From Eledone cirrhosa (taxonomy: Eukaryota), in contig OZ024745.1 in assembly GCA_964016885.1 (NCBI GenBank), forward strand, positions 101,060,001-101,124,000: a DNA stretch of 64,000 nt, given 5' to 3'. A program made the position numbers and the translations under genes. The notes under the pieces are model-generated. The model saw only the letters and a list, made by a program, of their open reading frames with translations. It was not told the origin of the DNA and made no database searches. Below, one piece after another: positions 12,475-26,699 of this stretch (within the stretch, counting starts at the first letter, position 1; the number at the start of each line of letters is the position of its first letter).

Positions 12475-15395
12475 GCCCTCTTTGGATTTTAGTCTTCAAA
12501 TTTATTATTATTACTATATATATATATATATAGTTCGAGATAAACAAGACAACCACAGTGATGCAATAACAAAGTCTTATTAGTATCACACTTGTCAGAA
12601 AAGGAATATTTTAACATACTGAATATTAGATCTTCACCAGGAAAGAGAAAAATTTGGAGAAAGAAGAGGTTGGAATGTTGGGGTATGTATTTGTGTGTGT
12701 TTACATCTGCACTGCTTAAGAACTGTTGCTGTTTACATCTTGTAACTTAGCAGTTTAACAAATAGAGATTGATGAAATAATACTAGACTTAGAAATAAGT
12801 ACTGGAGTCATTAGGATTGAATAAACCCTTGAAGATGATTATCACAGTTCAATGACTGAAGGCAGTAAAAAAAAACGTATGATTAATAAGCAGAAAGCTC
12901 TTCAATTATATAACGAAAAGTTCAATTCTTTGTTAGTTCAATTCTTTGTTAACAATTCTTTGTTTAAATTGAATGAAAAATGAAACTTATACAAGTTTAA
13001 CTTGCCTCCTATGAGATGAAATATCTTAAGTGGTTCCTCTGGTGTTTTACTGTCATAAAGAAAGCTACACGAAAGGAAGTATCTTGTTGAAAAGCATAAT
13101 GTGCCACCCAGTCTAGAAATTGAACTCATGGGTTCAACACTTTAATCACTATGCTACATGCCTTCACTTTCTCAATTGGATGAAAATTGACCAAAATTTT
13201 GTATTTCCGACAGGTAGGCATGAACTAGAAATTATGCAATTTCATACATGAAAAAAGTTTTAAATAATTTTATTTAACAGATGCAGAAACTTTTATGTGA
13301 AATATTACTAATAAATCTAATGGAGAAATGAAGTGGATAATTTTGAAGAAATTTGATATTGTGTTGAATGGAATAAAGCAACATTTCGAATTTAAAAAAA
13401 GTTAAGAATTAGCTGACTTAGTGGCATTTTGTTTCACAAATGTAGATGATCATTCATGAAATAGTTTAGACTGAGTGCAAAAATGTGAATGATTCTCAAG
13501 AAATGTGACACTAAGTTGGATAAAATGGCTAAAATTCCACATTTCTTACAATAGAAGTTAAGGAATTTTGTACACAATATTGTTCCAGAAACTCATAAAT
13601 GAAACAAAGAAAGATTAGTGAGAGTAAATAAGAGAAGGTAACGACTGAGGAAGTGGCAAGTGTTTGTGGCAGGAAAGGCAATAATCAAAAGAAGAAACTA
13701 TAAGGAACACTGGCAGCATTAATAAATGTTGGGATGGAAATTTTAATCTTTATATACTTCATCAATATACATTGACAAAATATACCTAACAAAATCACAC
13801 ACTCATATGCATATGAGCTTCAGCAGATTTTTATGTGTAATACATTTTATTCACATTAGTCAACTTGAAGTTATGCTGGGAAACACTTCCCCGAGATACT
13901 GTGCAATGCAACTGAACTTACAATCATAGGGTTTTGGTGTGAAACTAACTATACAGCCATGCTTGTGCCCTGTGTCAAGTCGTTTGAGTGAAGGCAAATT
14001 GGGTGAAGTCATTTTGAGCAAAGTTAAAATTATGTGCATTTTGAGCGATGCCTATTAAACCATGTCAGTTTGAGCGAACCTCAAGTGAAGTTAATAAAAA
14101 ATATACTAGAAATCTACAATTTTTTTAATACAAATAATTACACCTTTAGAACAGGTGAATAAAAAATTTATCAAAAGTCAACACATTTTATAGCAGAAAG
14201 AACTAAAAATTCACAACGTTTAAAATCAAAAAAAATAATGAGGTGTGAGTGTGATAAAAGTGAGTAATAGAATGAGAGTGTAGGGAGTACTGGAAGTGAG
14301 AAGTGATAGCTGCTAGTAGTTCCAAATATATATTTTCAACACAAAATTGAATTCAACGAAAAAAGAATAAAAATTCAAAAAGTAATGTTATAGGCAAGGT
14401 GTAGAATAGTATATATTTCGCTTAAAATTACCATTTACGCAAAATAACTTCACACAAAATGAATGCCCATATACTAAGTCAACTATTTTGTTTAGTGGAA
14501 AACATAATTTTCACTGTTTTATATGTATTTTTCCATGCTTGAATAATTGGAATAGATTTTGTTGCAGCCCCATTATTTTTACAGTCTGATCAACAATTCT
14601 TACTACTAAATACACATCTGTGAAGAAGTGGAGGTTAGGAAAACTGGAATAAAATATATGTAATATACATGCACCTTTGATGAGTTGTAGTGCACCTGAG
14701 CACTGTACACAATAACTCCATTATTATTATTTATATTGTCTTTCTCCTCTACCAACCAAATTTACATTTTGTTAAGTCATTATAAGCACCAATTTGATAC
14801 AGAAGAGCTTGTTTCATTTTTCTCTCTTAAAATGGTTCTTATAAGTCTAACTAGCACTGGAAATGTTTCATGTTCCCTGTAAGACTAAGAAACCATCTCT
14901 ACTTCATGTAGTTTCCATGCTTTCAAAGCAAGCCTGACAATGAGTGTGAATAGAAAAGTAGTGATGGGCAAGGAAGGGAAAGCGGTATGAGTGTGATAGA
15001 AGTAATGGAATGGGAGTGTAGGGAGTACTGGAAGTGAGAAGTGATAGCTACTAGTAGTTCCAAATATATAAACAAATATATATTTTCAACAGAAAGAAAG
15101 GAATATATACACAACAAACTAGTCTGGTAATTTGTTTGTAGTGTTAGATGAAGACAATTACCTTATATATGACAATGTCGAATTCTGGGAGTGGGGGATT
15201 AAATTAATTTATGAGGTTGAGAAAAGAAAAAATAGTGAACTAAAACCATGCACCATTGGTTAATTTGGAATGGTTCAGACAGAAAATCATCAGCCCAAAG
15301 TTATGCTTTTGATACTGAATAAATTTTATAAGTAAAGAAAGAACATAATATTTTGAGATAGTCAGATTTGACACATGGACTACTTGGGTTAGTCT

Positions 15396-16408
15396 TATAT
15401 ATATATATACATACACAACCACATATATATATACACACACACAACCACATATACACATACACATATATATACACATATATATATACACACATATATATAT
15501 ATATACACACATATATATACACACACATATATATATATACACACATATATATATATATACACACATATATATATATATACACACACATATATATATACAC
15601 ATATATATATATACACATATATATATATACACATATATATATATATACACATATATATACACATATATATATATATACACATATATATATATATACACAT
15701 ATATATATATACACATATATATATATATATACACATATATATATATATATACACATATATATATATATATACACATATATATATATATATACACATATAT
15801 ATATATATATACACATATATATATATATATACACATATATATATATATATACACATATATATATATATACACATATATATATATATACACATATATATAT
15901 ATATACACATATATATATATATACACATATATATATATATATACACATATATATATATATACACATATATATATATATACACATATATATATATATACAC
16001 ATATATATATATATACACATATATATATATATATACACATATATATATATATATACACATATATATATATATATACACATATATATATATATATACACAT
16101 ATATATATATATATACACATATATATATATATATACACACATATATATACACATATATATATATATACACATATATATATATATATACACATATATATAT
16201 ATATATACACATATATATATACACATATATATATACACATATATATATATATATATACACATATATATATATATACACACATATATATATATACACATAT
16301 ATATATATATATACACATATATATATATATATACACACATATATATATATACACATATATATATATATACACATATATATATATATACACATATATATAT
16401 ATATACAC

Positions 16409-16437
<29 letters not shown>
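15396..16437. repeat. Compound (TA)n/(CA) microsatellite, about 1 kb
   Basis: Repeating acac(at)n units; source of the long spurious IY/CV/HT ORFs. Confidence 0.98.
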
Positions 16438-16439
<2 letters not shown>

Positions 16440-16496
16440 GTAAAACCTACTACAGTCAGTAGGCATCTCTAACAAAATACACCCCCGTCCCACCAC

Positions 16497-16929
16497 CCCC
16501 ACCCCATCCACACCGCCCCTTTCAATGTAAAGTTATGTTGGTGCCACAAAATCCAGGCCGAAACAAATGAGATCGTGTAGGTGTCACGACAAAAAAACAC
16601 ACAGTCCACGCTGTAATGTGACCGTGTAGGCAACACGGTAAAAACCTCCCAGTCCCACACTGTAAATGTGGTTGGTGTTAGGAAGGGCATCTAGCTGTAG
16701 AAAACCCGCCAGACAGTCCACGCTGTAATGTGGCCGTGTAGGCAACACGGTAAAAACCTCCCAGCCCCACACTGTAAATGTGGTTGGTGTTAGGAAGGGC
16801 ATCCAACTGTAGAAAACCCGCCAGACAGTCCTATGCGAGCAAGACAACCACTCTTGCCTCAAGTGGGAAAACTCCCGTCCAAACCCATGCAAGCGTGGAA
16901 CATGGACTTTAAACGATGATGATGATGAT
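16497..16929 (+). mobile_element. RTE-related 3' module with internal ~111 bp tandem duplication and (GAT)n tail
   Basis: Units at 16601-16712 and 16713-16823 each contain ctgtaaatgtggttggtgttaggaagggcatc; near-identical 3' part at 24408-24575. Confidence 0.75.
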
Positions 16930-17227
16930 ATATATATATATATATATACACATATATACACACATACACATATATATACACACACACATATATATATACA
17001 TACACACATATATATATACATACACACATATATATACACACACATATATATATACACATATATATATACACATATATATATACACACACATATATATATA
17101 TATATACACACACATATATATATATATATATATACACACACATATATATACACACACACATATATATACACACACATATATATATATACACACATATATA
17201 TATATACATACACATATATATATATAT

Positions 17228-17383
17228 GGACACACTAGAAGAGGAAGACCAAGGTTAACATATGTTGATGCCCTAAGGACAGACACTGGTCTGTTGGAGA
17301 TGCAGGATATGGCAACGATAATGAGGGACAGAGACCGCTGGAGAGAACTCGTCCATGGATCTCGGGAATTTTACCCGCCTTAG
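17228..17383 (+). mobile_element. RTE-type LINE extreme 3' fragment
   Basis: Encodes [18 protein letters not shown]...[11 protein letters not shown], the characteristic RTE C-terminus. Confidence 0.75.
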
Positions 17384-17482
17384 ATAGATAGAAATACACA
17401 CACACACATATATATATATATATACACACACACATATATATATATACACACATATATATATATATATACACACACATATATA

Positions 17483-18371
17483 CAGGGTGTTCGGGATAAA
17501 TTTGACAGAATAATATTTGGTTGTTTTTTCAGATGTTTTAAATTCATTCATGCCCACTAGGCTTTATTTGAAAGTTTAAACCCTCCTTCATTCACATATG
17601 TGATGACAACGAGAATGGATGACTGGGAGCCACCTGAATCATGGAAGAGAATAACTTGTATCATGATGATTCGCGCCGGCCATCAAAATAAGGAGATTAT
17701 GGTCGCTGCTCAATGCTCCCTGAACACTGTAAAAACAATCCGGCATGAACTGGAGAATTGCAATGGAGACTACGAGGCTGTGGCTAGAAGAAAGAAACAT
17801 AACAGATCTGATTGCTCTCGCACAGCAGAATTCATCGAAAATCTGCAGAAAAAAGTGTTGTAGGACCCTGGCATCGGAATTCGGTCTTTGTTGCGTGAAT
17901 TGAATGTTTCAGCCTCTACTATGAAAATTGCACTCAATGAAGACCTTCGCTACTACTCATACAAGCGTCGCAGAGGTCAAAAATGGTTGTCAGCCAATTT
18001 TTACGACTACACCAGTCCCAATGTTTGGCCTCCGAACTCCCCTGATCTTAACCCGATGGACTATTATGTATGGGGCGCTGTAGAGAAAGACACCAATCGC
18101 CGTGCCAGTACTACAAAAGCCCAGTTAATCGACAGAATTAAAGTAGTTTTTGAGGGTCTTCCCAGGGAAAGTGTAAAATCAGCTTGCTCCAGGTTCCGGG
18201 CCCGGATTGAGGCTGTAATAGACGCTAATGGCGGTTATTTTGAGTAAAACTCTTTGACAATAGTGTAATTTCCTTGTCCATTGAATTTCTTTTAAATCAA
18301 ATAAATTTTGTAGATACCAAGCACTTTTTCTTTTTCCTGATGAAACTGTCAAATTTATCCCGAACACCCTG
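17483..18371 (+). mobile_element. Non-autonomous Tc1/mariner element, maT/DD37D-like, internally deleted
   Basis: Perfect 26-bp TIRs (cagggtgttcgggataaatttgacag) at 17483-17508 and 18346-18371; TA target site. HTH-like N-terminus with a stop at 17861, and WPPNSPDLNPMDYYVWG...IDANGGYFE C-terminus; most of the catalytic core is missing at KRRRGQ|KWL. Confidence 0.92.
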
Positions 18372-18382
18372 TATATATATAT

Positions 18383-18457
<75 letters not shown>

Positions 18458-18950
18458 TATATATATATACACACACACACATATATATATATATACACAC
18501 ACACACACATATATATATACACACACACATATATATATACACACACATATATACACATACACACATATATACACACACACACACACACACATTAGTAAAA
18601 GTAGAGGATCGACAGAGCTTGGCAGTTTCGGTTAGTTACCTTTTATATGTGTGTTTGTGTGTGTGTCTGTGTGTATACATACATACATACATACACACTC
18701 ATATATATATATATAAAATATATGTATATATACTTTGTAACATGATAGCTCAGGTGATAAAACAAATTATCTTCAAGCCTAAACAAGTGAACTAAATATT
18801 GGTTATTGTATGGACTGGAGCTCTATTCAGGTTCATATAGTGCTTTGGAACATATCACAAAGATGTTTCACATAGTGTTTTATATATATATATAGTAATA
18901 ATAATAAATTTGAAGACTAAAATCCAAAGAGGGCTCAATCTGTTATTTTA

Positions 18951-18990
<40 letters not shown>

Positions 18991-19545
18991 TATCACAAAT
19001 ATTTTCTACCCTTCACCATTTCTAATACAAGCTTAAATTAAGTGTGTGTGTATATGTAGTCACACATGCTATCCACAGCTGGCTGGCATTGATGACACAA
19101 ATGACACAAAAGGAGATAAATAAAGAATCAGCAGGAAGACTCTAGTTTAATATGGCTATAGCTAAGTTATCAAATAGTGTCTGAACATTTACAAACTTAT
19201 CAAAGGAAAATAACAAGGAAAGGAAAGGAAAAAGGGAAAATAACAAATCAAAAAACAAATATCCATGGCATTCTTAACTTTCAGCAAAAATATTCTCAAG
19301 GTTCTCACACAATGAACAGCTGCTGATTTAATAGAAACAAAATCAGCTTTAGCTAGCATTCACTGGTCTGGAAGCTAAATTCTTAAAAAGAAAATAATTC
19401 TAGTTTTGAGGGTAAAGTTAAAGGTCAATTTCTAACCTGACATAAAAGCATGTATGAGTTTATTGAGACACTGTATGTAGTAGTCAAGTAATTTTCTTTT
19501 ACATATTCTTTTATTGGTTTTGGTCATTAGACTGTGGCCATGCTG

Positions 19546-19674
19546 GGGTTCTAACTTGAAGGGTTGTAGTTGATCACATGGATCCCAGTACATGTTTTTT
19601 CTCATAAGTATCAGACTTGAAAAAATATGTACTGGGATCCATGTGATCAACTACAACCCTTGAAGTTAGAACCC
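19546..19674. repeat. Inverted repeat with 56-bp arms inside an old SINE
   Basis: Arms 19546-19601 and 19619-19674, two mismatches, 17-nt spacer. Confidence 0.9.
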
Positions 19675-22345
19675 AAGCAAACAGTAAATATAAACACTAA
19701 CTTGGTCATGGACACATACACACACACACACACACATATATACATATGTATATATATATATATATATATACACACACAATGGGTTTCCACAGTTTCTGTC
19801 TCCCAAATTTGACTCACAAGGATTTGGTCAACCCAACTCTACAACAGAAGATACTTGCCCAAAGTACTATGCAGAAGATATGAGTCTGAAAACCATGTGG
19901 TTGTGAATTGAACTCCTTAACCATACAGAACCTATAACATTTAAGATTTTTAAAATGGATTTGTGAAAAGAAATTAAGCTCGATAGATCTTAACCTGTAA
20001 AAGAGAGAAATGTTAATATCTGAATTAAGAAGACTTGGACAATAACATGTGATAGTAAGAACAGAAATGATGATGTTATGAATGTTATAGTTGGCCCAAC
20101 ACATCTTTTATGTTGCAACTCAAGTTGAAGTGGAAGGATGGCTCCAATTTAAATTGACTTGAAATATAAAGCCCCTAGAGCAAACATGGCTATAAGGACT
20201 ATGATTGAAGCATTTGACAGACCAAGCTGCATTCCACTTGGTATAAGGTTCACCATCATCATCATTACCATTTAATAGGTTCCACTTTGGAAATGTTGCT
20301 CTACTAAACCGTTATGGAAATACCTATTTTGACATCAGTTGTGTAACACAGTGGTTCTCAACCAAGAACCATCTGACTCATTTCACATTTTTAGCATCCA
20401 TGTGAAAAAAATGGGATATTTGGATTTAACTATCACTTTGTTATAACCCTCATATATCATTCTTTCTAATAATCTCCACATCATAAATATTAAACACCAC
20501 AGCAGTACTATGGACTATATAGCTACTAAATCTATAATACAAGATATTCTCAATAGTATTTAACAGTTTTTATTAAAAATATTTGGTAATACATGAAGAA
20601 CAATGGAATGCAACAATGGACATTATACTGTATTTTATAAATAAAGTACACATCATTAAAATTAATTTGTGTCCATCTTTACAGCATTATATTCTTTAAT
20701 GCATATTTCTGTCTTTATAGAAGTTTTGCTAATACAAAATTATATTTTTGTAAGCTACTACAAACACTTTGCTTTGTTCTTTATGACATAGTTGCAATTA
20801 TAAAACACAGTAAATGTTAAAATATTTTCTATCAACTAGTAGCATATGTAAAGGAGCCACAGAGATGAGTTGGCTGCAGATCAAACCATAAAAAAGTAGG
20901 TTATTAACTACTAGCCTAGAATTTTCATTGCATAAAAGTTATTAATTTTGTTTCATTCTCTTTGCAGACCTAAATAAATTTAAAATGTTTGCAAAAATTG
21001 TTAATAAAAAATATATTTCCTGAGTAATCAATACTTAGAAATGAATATTATTGTTTTTTTTAATTAGAATTTTCTCTCTATGGCAACTCTAAAGTAGATA
21101 ATTTCAGGATTTTAAAATTCAACAGCAAGTTAACCAATTGATTTGAACAAACCCAGAAGAACAAAATCAAATCTCTCTTCTAACTAAAGTTAATTTTTCC
21201 AAACTGAAATGAATGCCAGGACAAGCCACACCAAAATAATCCAGATAGTGATGATTATTCCTAAATGTCTAAAAAAAATAAATATTCCAAAGAACTGAAA
21301 AGATAGAAAACCAACATTTGAAAACAAAAATATTAAGAAAAAAGAAATAAACAGTTTAGTTAACAAAAAAGAAAGAAACATCATTGGGAAGTATTTATTA
21401 TAAAAAGAAATAATCTTATCTTGTCTCAGATCAATGAGAAGAATATTAACCACAGTACTGCCATTATATTTGGTATCCTAATCTATCTATTCCCTTTCAG
21501 CTAGAAATTTGTTCAAAGCAATATCTTCATTTTTTTTTTTTTTTTTTTTTTGTATCTCTTTCAAAGCTAATACCGAGAAGAAAAAAATGATCACTAAAAG
21601 TTTTCAACTAGCCATGCACAACTTCATTGAAGCACCACAATTGTAAATTTGTCCTTAATTCTACATTACATGTTTGCTTTGATATTCTTATTGGGGCAAG
21701 GGGTGGGAGATTATGTATATATATTTTTTTTAGAACATGCATTACTTGTATATGTTTCAATTACCACAATTCTGGCAGCATTTCAAGGAAGATAAATCAG
21801 ATTTCTTTAATCTATAAGCCTTCTAGCTAGAATCCTAGCCATTTCCAATTAATACTAAAAAGAAAAATAATTACATTTACATCACATCTTACTAAAACCA
21901 ATTTGTTCAGCTTAGCTTTTGGGAGGAAGATGACATATAAATTTGTAACACTTCTCTAACAGTAGGATTTTAGGAGATGGAGTGAAGTAATGGTTAAACT
22001 GCTGCATACTTGCTTCAATGTCCATATGTTCAAGTTCTGTTTCTCTAAAGGATTCTGTCCCATTTTGGGATCAAGGAACATACATATGAATTCTGAATGT
22101 AGCTAGTTTAGAATAGGTGTACTGTATATGTGCATAGCATAAGAGATGGTTACAAAGCCATAAAACCCCATCACGAAGTCAACAACTTTTACTTGCAAGT
22201 TAAGTAAATAGTATTAACATGGAAACCTGCATGAAGATATACTGATTCCTTAGAATTATAAAATATCAGAATTTGTATAATAATTCAAACCAACAGAAAT
22301 TACTAAAACGAAGTTAGCAAGTTTACATTCAATGAACATTGAATG

Positions 22346-23600
22346 ATAATTGTTTCTACTTTAGGCACAAGGCCAGCAATTACCCAGTGCATTACTGGTA
22401 CTTTATTTTATCGACCCCGTAAGGATGAAAGGCAAAGTAAATCTCGGCGGGATTTGAACTCAGACCGTAAAGGGACGTAACTATGCTGGAAAGCATGGCG
22501 TCCGACTCTCTACCGATACTGAAGATTGAACAAGATAAATAATTTCAGAGGTCTAATAAAATGGGGAGGGGGGGGGGGGGTCATTGGCAAAATGGGAATA
22601 GTAAGTAATAATGGTTTCTGATTTAGGTACAAGGCTAACAATTTTTGGGAAAGGAAAGTTGATTAAATCGTCCCCAGTGCATTGCTGGTACTTTAATTTA
22701 TCGACCCCGTAATGATGAAAAGCAAAGCTAACCTAGGCAGGATTTGAACATAGAATGTAAAGGACCATAACTTTATGCTGCAAATAATTGTTTCTACTTT
22801 AGGAACAAGGCCAGAAATTTGTAGGGGAGGGGAAAGTCGATTAAATCGACCACAGTGCATTACTGGTAGTTTGGTTTATTGACCCCACAAAGATGAAAGG
22901 CAAAGCTAACTTTGGTGGGATTTGAACTCAGACTGTAAGGGGCTGAAATTCTATGCTGCAAAGAACAGTAAATAATAATGGTTTCTCATTTAAGCACAAG
23001 ACTAACAAATAGGGGTGGGGAATCGATTAAATTGACCCCAGTGCATTTCTGGTGCTTTATTTTATTAACCCCGTCAGGATGGTAAGCAAGGCTAACTTGG
23101 CAGTAAATAATAATTGTTTCTACTTTTGGCATAAGGCCAGCAATTACCCCAAGGCATTAGTGGTCTGTTATTTTATCGACTCCATATGGATGAAAGACAA
23201 AGTTAACCTAGACATATAATTGTTTCTACTATTGGCACAAGGCCAGAAATTACCCAGTACATTACTGGTACTTTATTTTATCGACTCCCGTAAGGATGAA
23301 AGGCAAAGTTAACCTCGGCGGGATTTGGACTCGGACCGTAAAGGGACGTAACTATGCTGGAAAGCATGGTGTCCGACCCTCTACCAATACTGCCAATCAA
23401 CCGTAAATAATAATGTTATCTAAATTTAGGCACAAAGCCATACATTTCTGGAGAGAGAACATTTTTATAATTCCATTTACATAAATCAACCCCAGTAATA
23501 GATTTTATTTTATTTTATCAATCTCTCTCAAAAGGATGGAAGTCAAAGGAGATGTCAGCAGGATTTGAACTCAGGACATAAAGGTCCTAAATACTGCATA
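22346..23600 (-). mobile_element. Head-to-tail array of about seven SINE family A copies
   Basis: The block aattgtttctactt(t/a)ggcacaaggcc...tcgacccc...gatgaaaggcaaag recurs near 22346, 22603, 22783, 22970, 23105, 23216 and 23403. Confidence 0.85.
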
Positions 23601-23858
23601 GCTAAATTTTATATATATATATATATATAAATATATGTGTGTATATAATGTCTATATTTTTAGATTAATTTTTTATACTTGATGTTGTTTGATTGCTGAC
23701 TATTTTCATCATTTCAGATGTTCACTATAATCAATGATGACACAATACTTCAATCAACATCTGACGAAAGTGTGTGAGAACACATGATAAAGAAAATAGT
23801 CTGCAGTGAAACAATATCTAGATCCATCAATCTATAAATATAAATAAATATATATATG

Positions 23859-23889
<31 letters not shown>

Positions 23890-23918
23890 GTATGTGTGTG
23901 TGTGTGTGTATATTTATA

Positions 23919-23968
<50 letters not shown>

Positions 23969-24689
23969 AAAAATGTTGCACACAAATGAATCTGAATAGA
24001 GTTGGGTTACTGGATACTATAAGAGAAATATATTTTAAAATTAATGTGCTATACATAAATCATCTCTTTATTGTGATACAAAGATTCTTCAAAAAACACC
24101 AATGTATTATTCAATGAGAAGATGCATCTGATACTTTTATGCATGTTTGCATTTATCATGCATGCCTTTATGTGCATACAAAAACACACTCACATACTCA
24201 CTCTCTCTCATGCTACATTTTGTATATTTTCCAAAATGTTTAATGAATGATTTTATTGGAGCTATCTGCCTAGCTTGTATTAACATTTTTAACTCCCCTA
24301 GTGTGAATTTTAGCGTATCAATTGCATAGATAATCTAAGTAAACTGTTTCAACTGAGCATTACATGTGAGACGCTCTCTCATATATATATATATATATGT
24401 GGTTGGTCCTACACTGTAAATGTGGTTGGTGTTAGGAAGGGCATCCAGCTGTAGAAAACCCGCCAGACAGTCCTATGCGAGCAAGACAACCACTCTTGCC
24501 TCAAGTGGGAAAACTCCCGTCCAAACCCATGCAAGCGTGGAACATGGACGTTAAACGATGATGATGATGATGATGATATATATATATGTATATATAACTT
24601 TGATAGATGTCATCGAGTGTTGGCCCAGGCCAAGTCAAATTTAATAGCACCACATGGTGAAGTCTTTCAAATCATGATTCACACCTCAG

Positions 24690-25015
24690 TCATATTTTGG
24701 ACATCATAGCCCATTCAAGTAGAGAGTTATTGTTTTGGGTGACATATCTGAGTGTAGGGGGTTTCTCTGGAATTTCTTGGTGAAATTTGTCCAAAGACGT
24801 TTTGAATCGGATGGGATCTGTTTCTGTTTTTATGTGTTTTGGTGTGATGTTAAAGAGAGATGAAATAATTAGGCCGTAATGTTGTTACAAGATTGTGAGT
24901 TTGATTTTTGAAGAGGGCAGATAGCACAGAGACTTAAGTGGATTTTAAAGATGAGGCCAACATCATCACTGGAGCAATTCTGATAGAATATTTTCCACAT
25001 CATGCAGATAATATA
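24690..25015 (-). mobile_element. Degraded CR1/L2-group LINE 3' fragment
   Basis: Minus strand gives YIICMMWKIF...SLFNITPKHIKTETDPIRFKTSLDKFHQEIPEKPPTLRYVTQNNNSLLEW, resembling the LFN.LP..I...FK..LD.F C-terminus of CR1-group ORF2. Confidence 0.6.
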
Positions 25016-26699
25016 GAAATCATTTATATATAGTATAGTGGTAACTGCAATTGCATCATAAGTGTGTATATAAATTTACACATTTTTACTATATGGACTT
25101 GCCAAATATATGTATTTTCCTGTAAATTGTAAACAATGATAAATGCCTTTAAGTGATTGTCCGACCTAGTTGGGTTTTCATCAGAAAACAATGTCAAGGT
25201 AATATGTAATACCACATTGCTTATAGTATATCTTGAAATAGATGTACTAATTTGTATATTATTAGAGCTCATGTTTGTAGTTAATTAAGATATATATAGA
25301 GTAGAGAGGAAAATCTAGCTGTATAGAAATCACCCAACTAGATTTGAAAATCAGTAAAAAGTGTTTTTCATTGTTTTCTCAATTTACATGTTTACATGTC
25401 TATATACTAAAAATGTAAGGCGGCGAATTGGCAGAGTAATTAAAACGTCGGATAGAATACTTTACAGCATTTGTCCCACCTCATTGTGTGCTCTGAGTTC
25501 AAATCCCACAATCATCAACTTTGCCTTTCATACTTTCGAAGTCAATAAAAAAAGTACCAGTCCAGTACTGGGGTCGATTCTTCCTCTATATAAAAAAAAT
25601 CGGCTGTGTTCAGACCTGGAGAGGGTTGCGGTCCGTCAGGTCTAAAAGACCCCTAGACATGCCATTTGATGGTGCCTCTACTACTCCACAAGGAGTTATG
25701 GGATCATTATCCTTCATACTAAAAATGTACAAATTTATATACACATTTATGCAATTATAATCTATGAAGAAACTAATTAAATATTTTGATAATTATTGGA
25801 ATAATTATAAACATTTTTCATTTCACTTCACTTCACTTAACACAGTGTTAATGTAAAGTATTGGCCTCGCCAATAAAGAGCTGGCAGTTTGTATTTATCT
25901 CACCACAAGTATTACTATTGCCATTTTGTATTTGGTCACACCTTATCACATTAACAGGGCAAGTGGAACAGGTAAGAAAAGGGAGATAACTTGCATTAAC
26001 CAAACTGAAAATATAAATATAGAAACAAATCAATCACAAATTTGAGGTTAATAACATCCTGTTAAATAACATCTATTCTATTTGTTGCTTAGCCCCAGGG
26101 CAGTCTTGTTAGAGCAGATCTATAATCAAAGGTATTGCAAGCTTCAATATCAATCACTATATTAATGTTTTCTTTTTTCTTTACAGCTGTAGTGTATCTA
26201 ATGTGTCTTTTTTTAGTGTGATTGTATGGATACTTTGCTGTTTGGAGGCTCCCATCTCTTCTAGTAACAAGACATTCTGGCAATAAGTACATGATATTTA
26301 CTAGAATATACAATAGCAGTACCATATTGAAACAACATTATACAGCAGTAAATGCTTTTAAAAATGTAAATATTTGTACTGAGAATGGTGGTGTATTGGC
26401 AGAATCAGAGAATTGGACACAATGCTTTGAAATATTTCTTCCAGCTCTCTGCACACCGAGTTCAAATCCTGTCATAATCAACTTTGCTTTTCATCCTTTC
26501 CAGGTTGATAAAAATCTACTACAATACCGGGGTCGATTCTTCCTTTATATCTCTTTCTTTCTTTCTCTCTCTCTATCCTTCTCTGGAAGAAATTAGCCAT
26601 GTTCATACCTGGAAAGGGGTGGGGGTCTGCCAGGATAAAAGTACTGAAGACATGTATGTTAGGATGGTGCCACTAAGACTCAATAAAAAGTTACAGTTC

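Noticed and set aside
15240-16511. Long ORFs (up to 423 aa) rich in I/Y/C/V/H/T, also at 3.0-3.8, 16.6-17.5 and 18.2-18.8 kb
   Set aside because: Translations of (TA)n/(CA)n microsatellites, not proteins.
22346-23600. CRISPR-like appearance of regularly recurring repeats (also 45711-45918 and 62641-62760)
   Set aside because: Eukaryotic context, degenerate repeats without unique spacers, and no cas genes.
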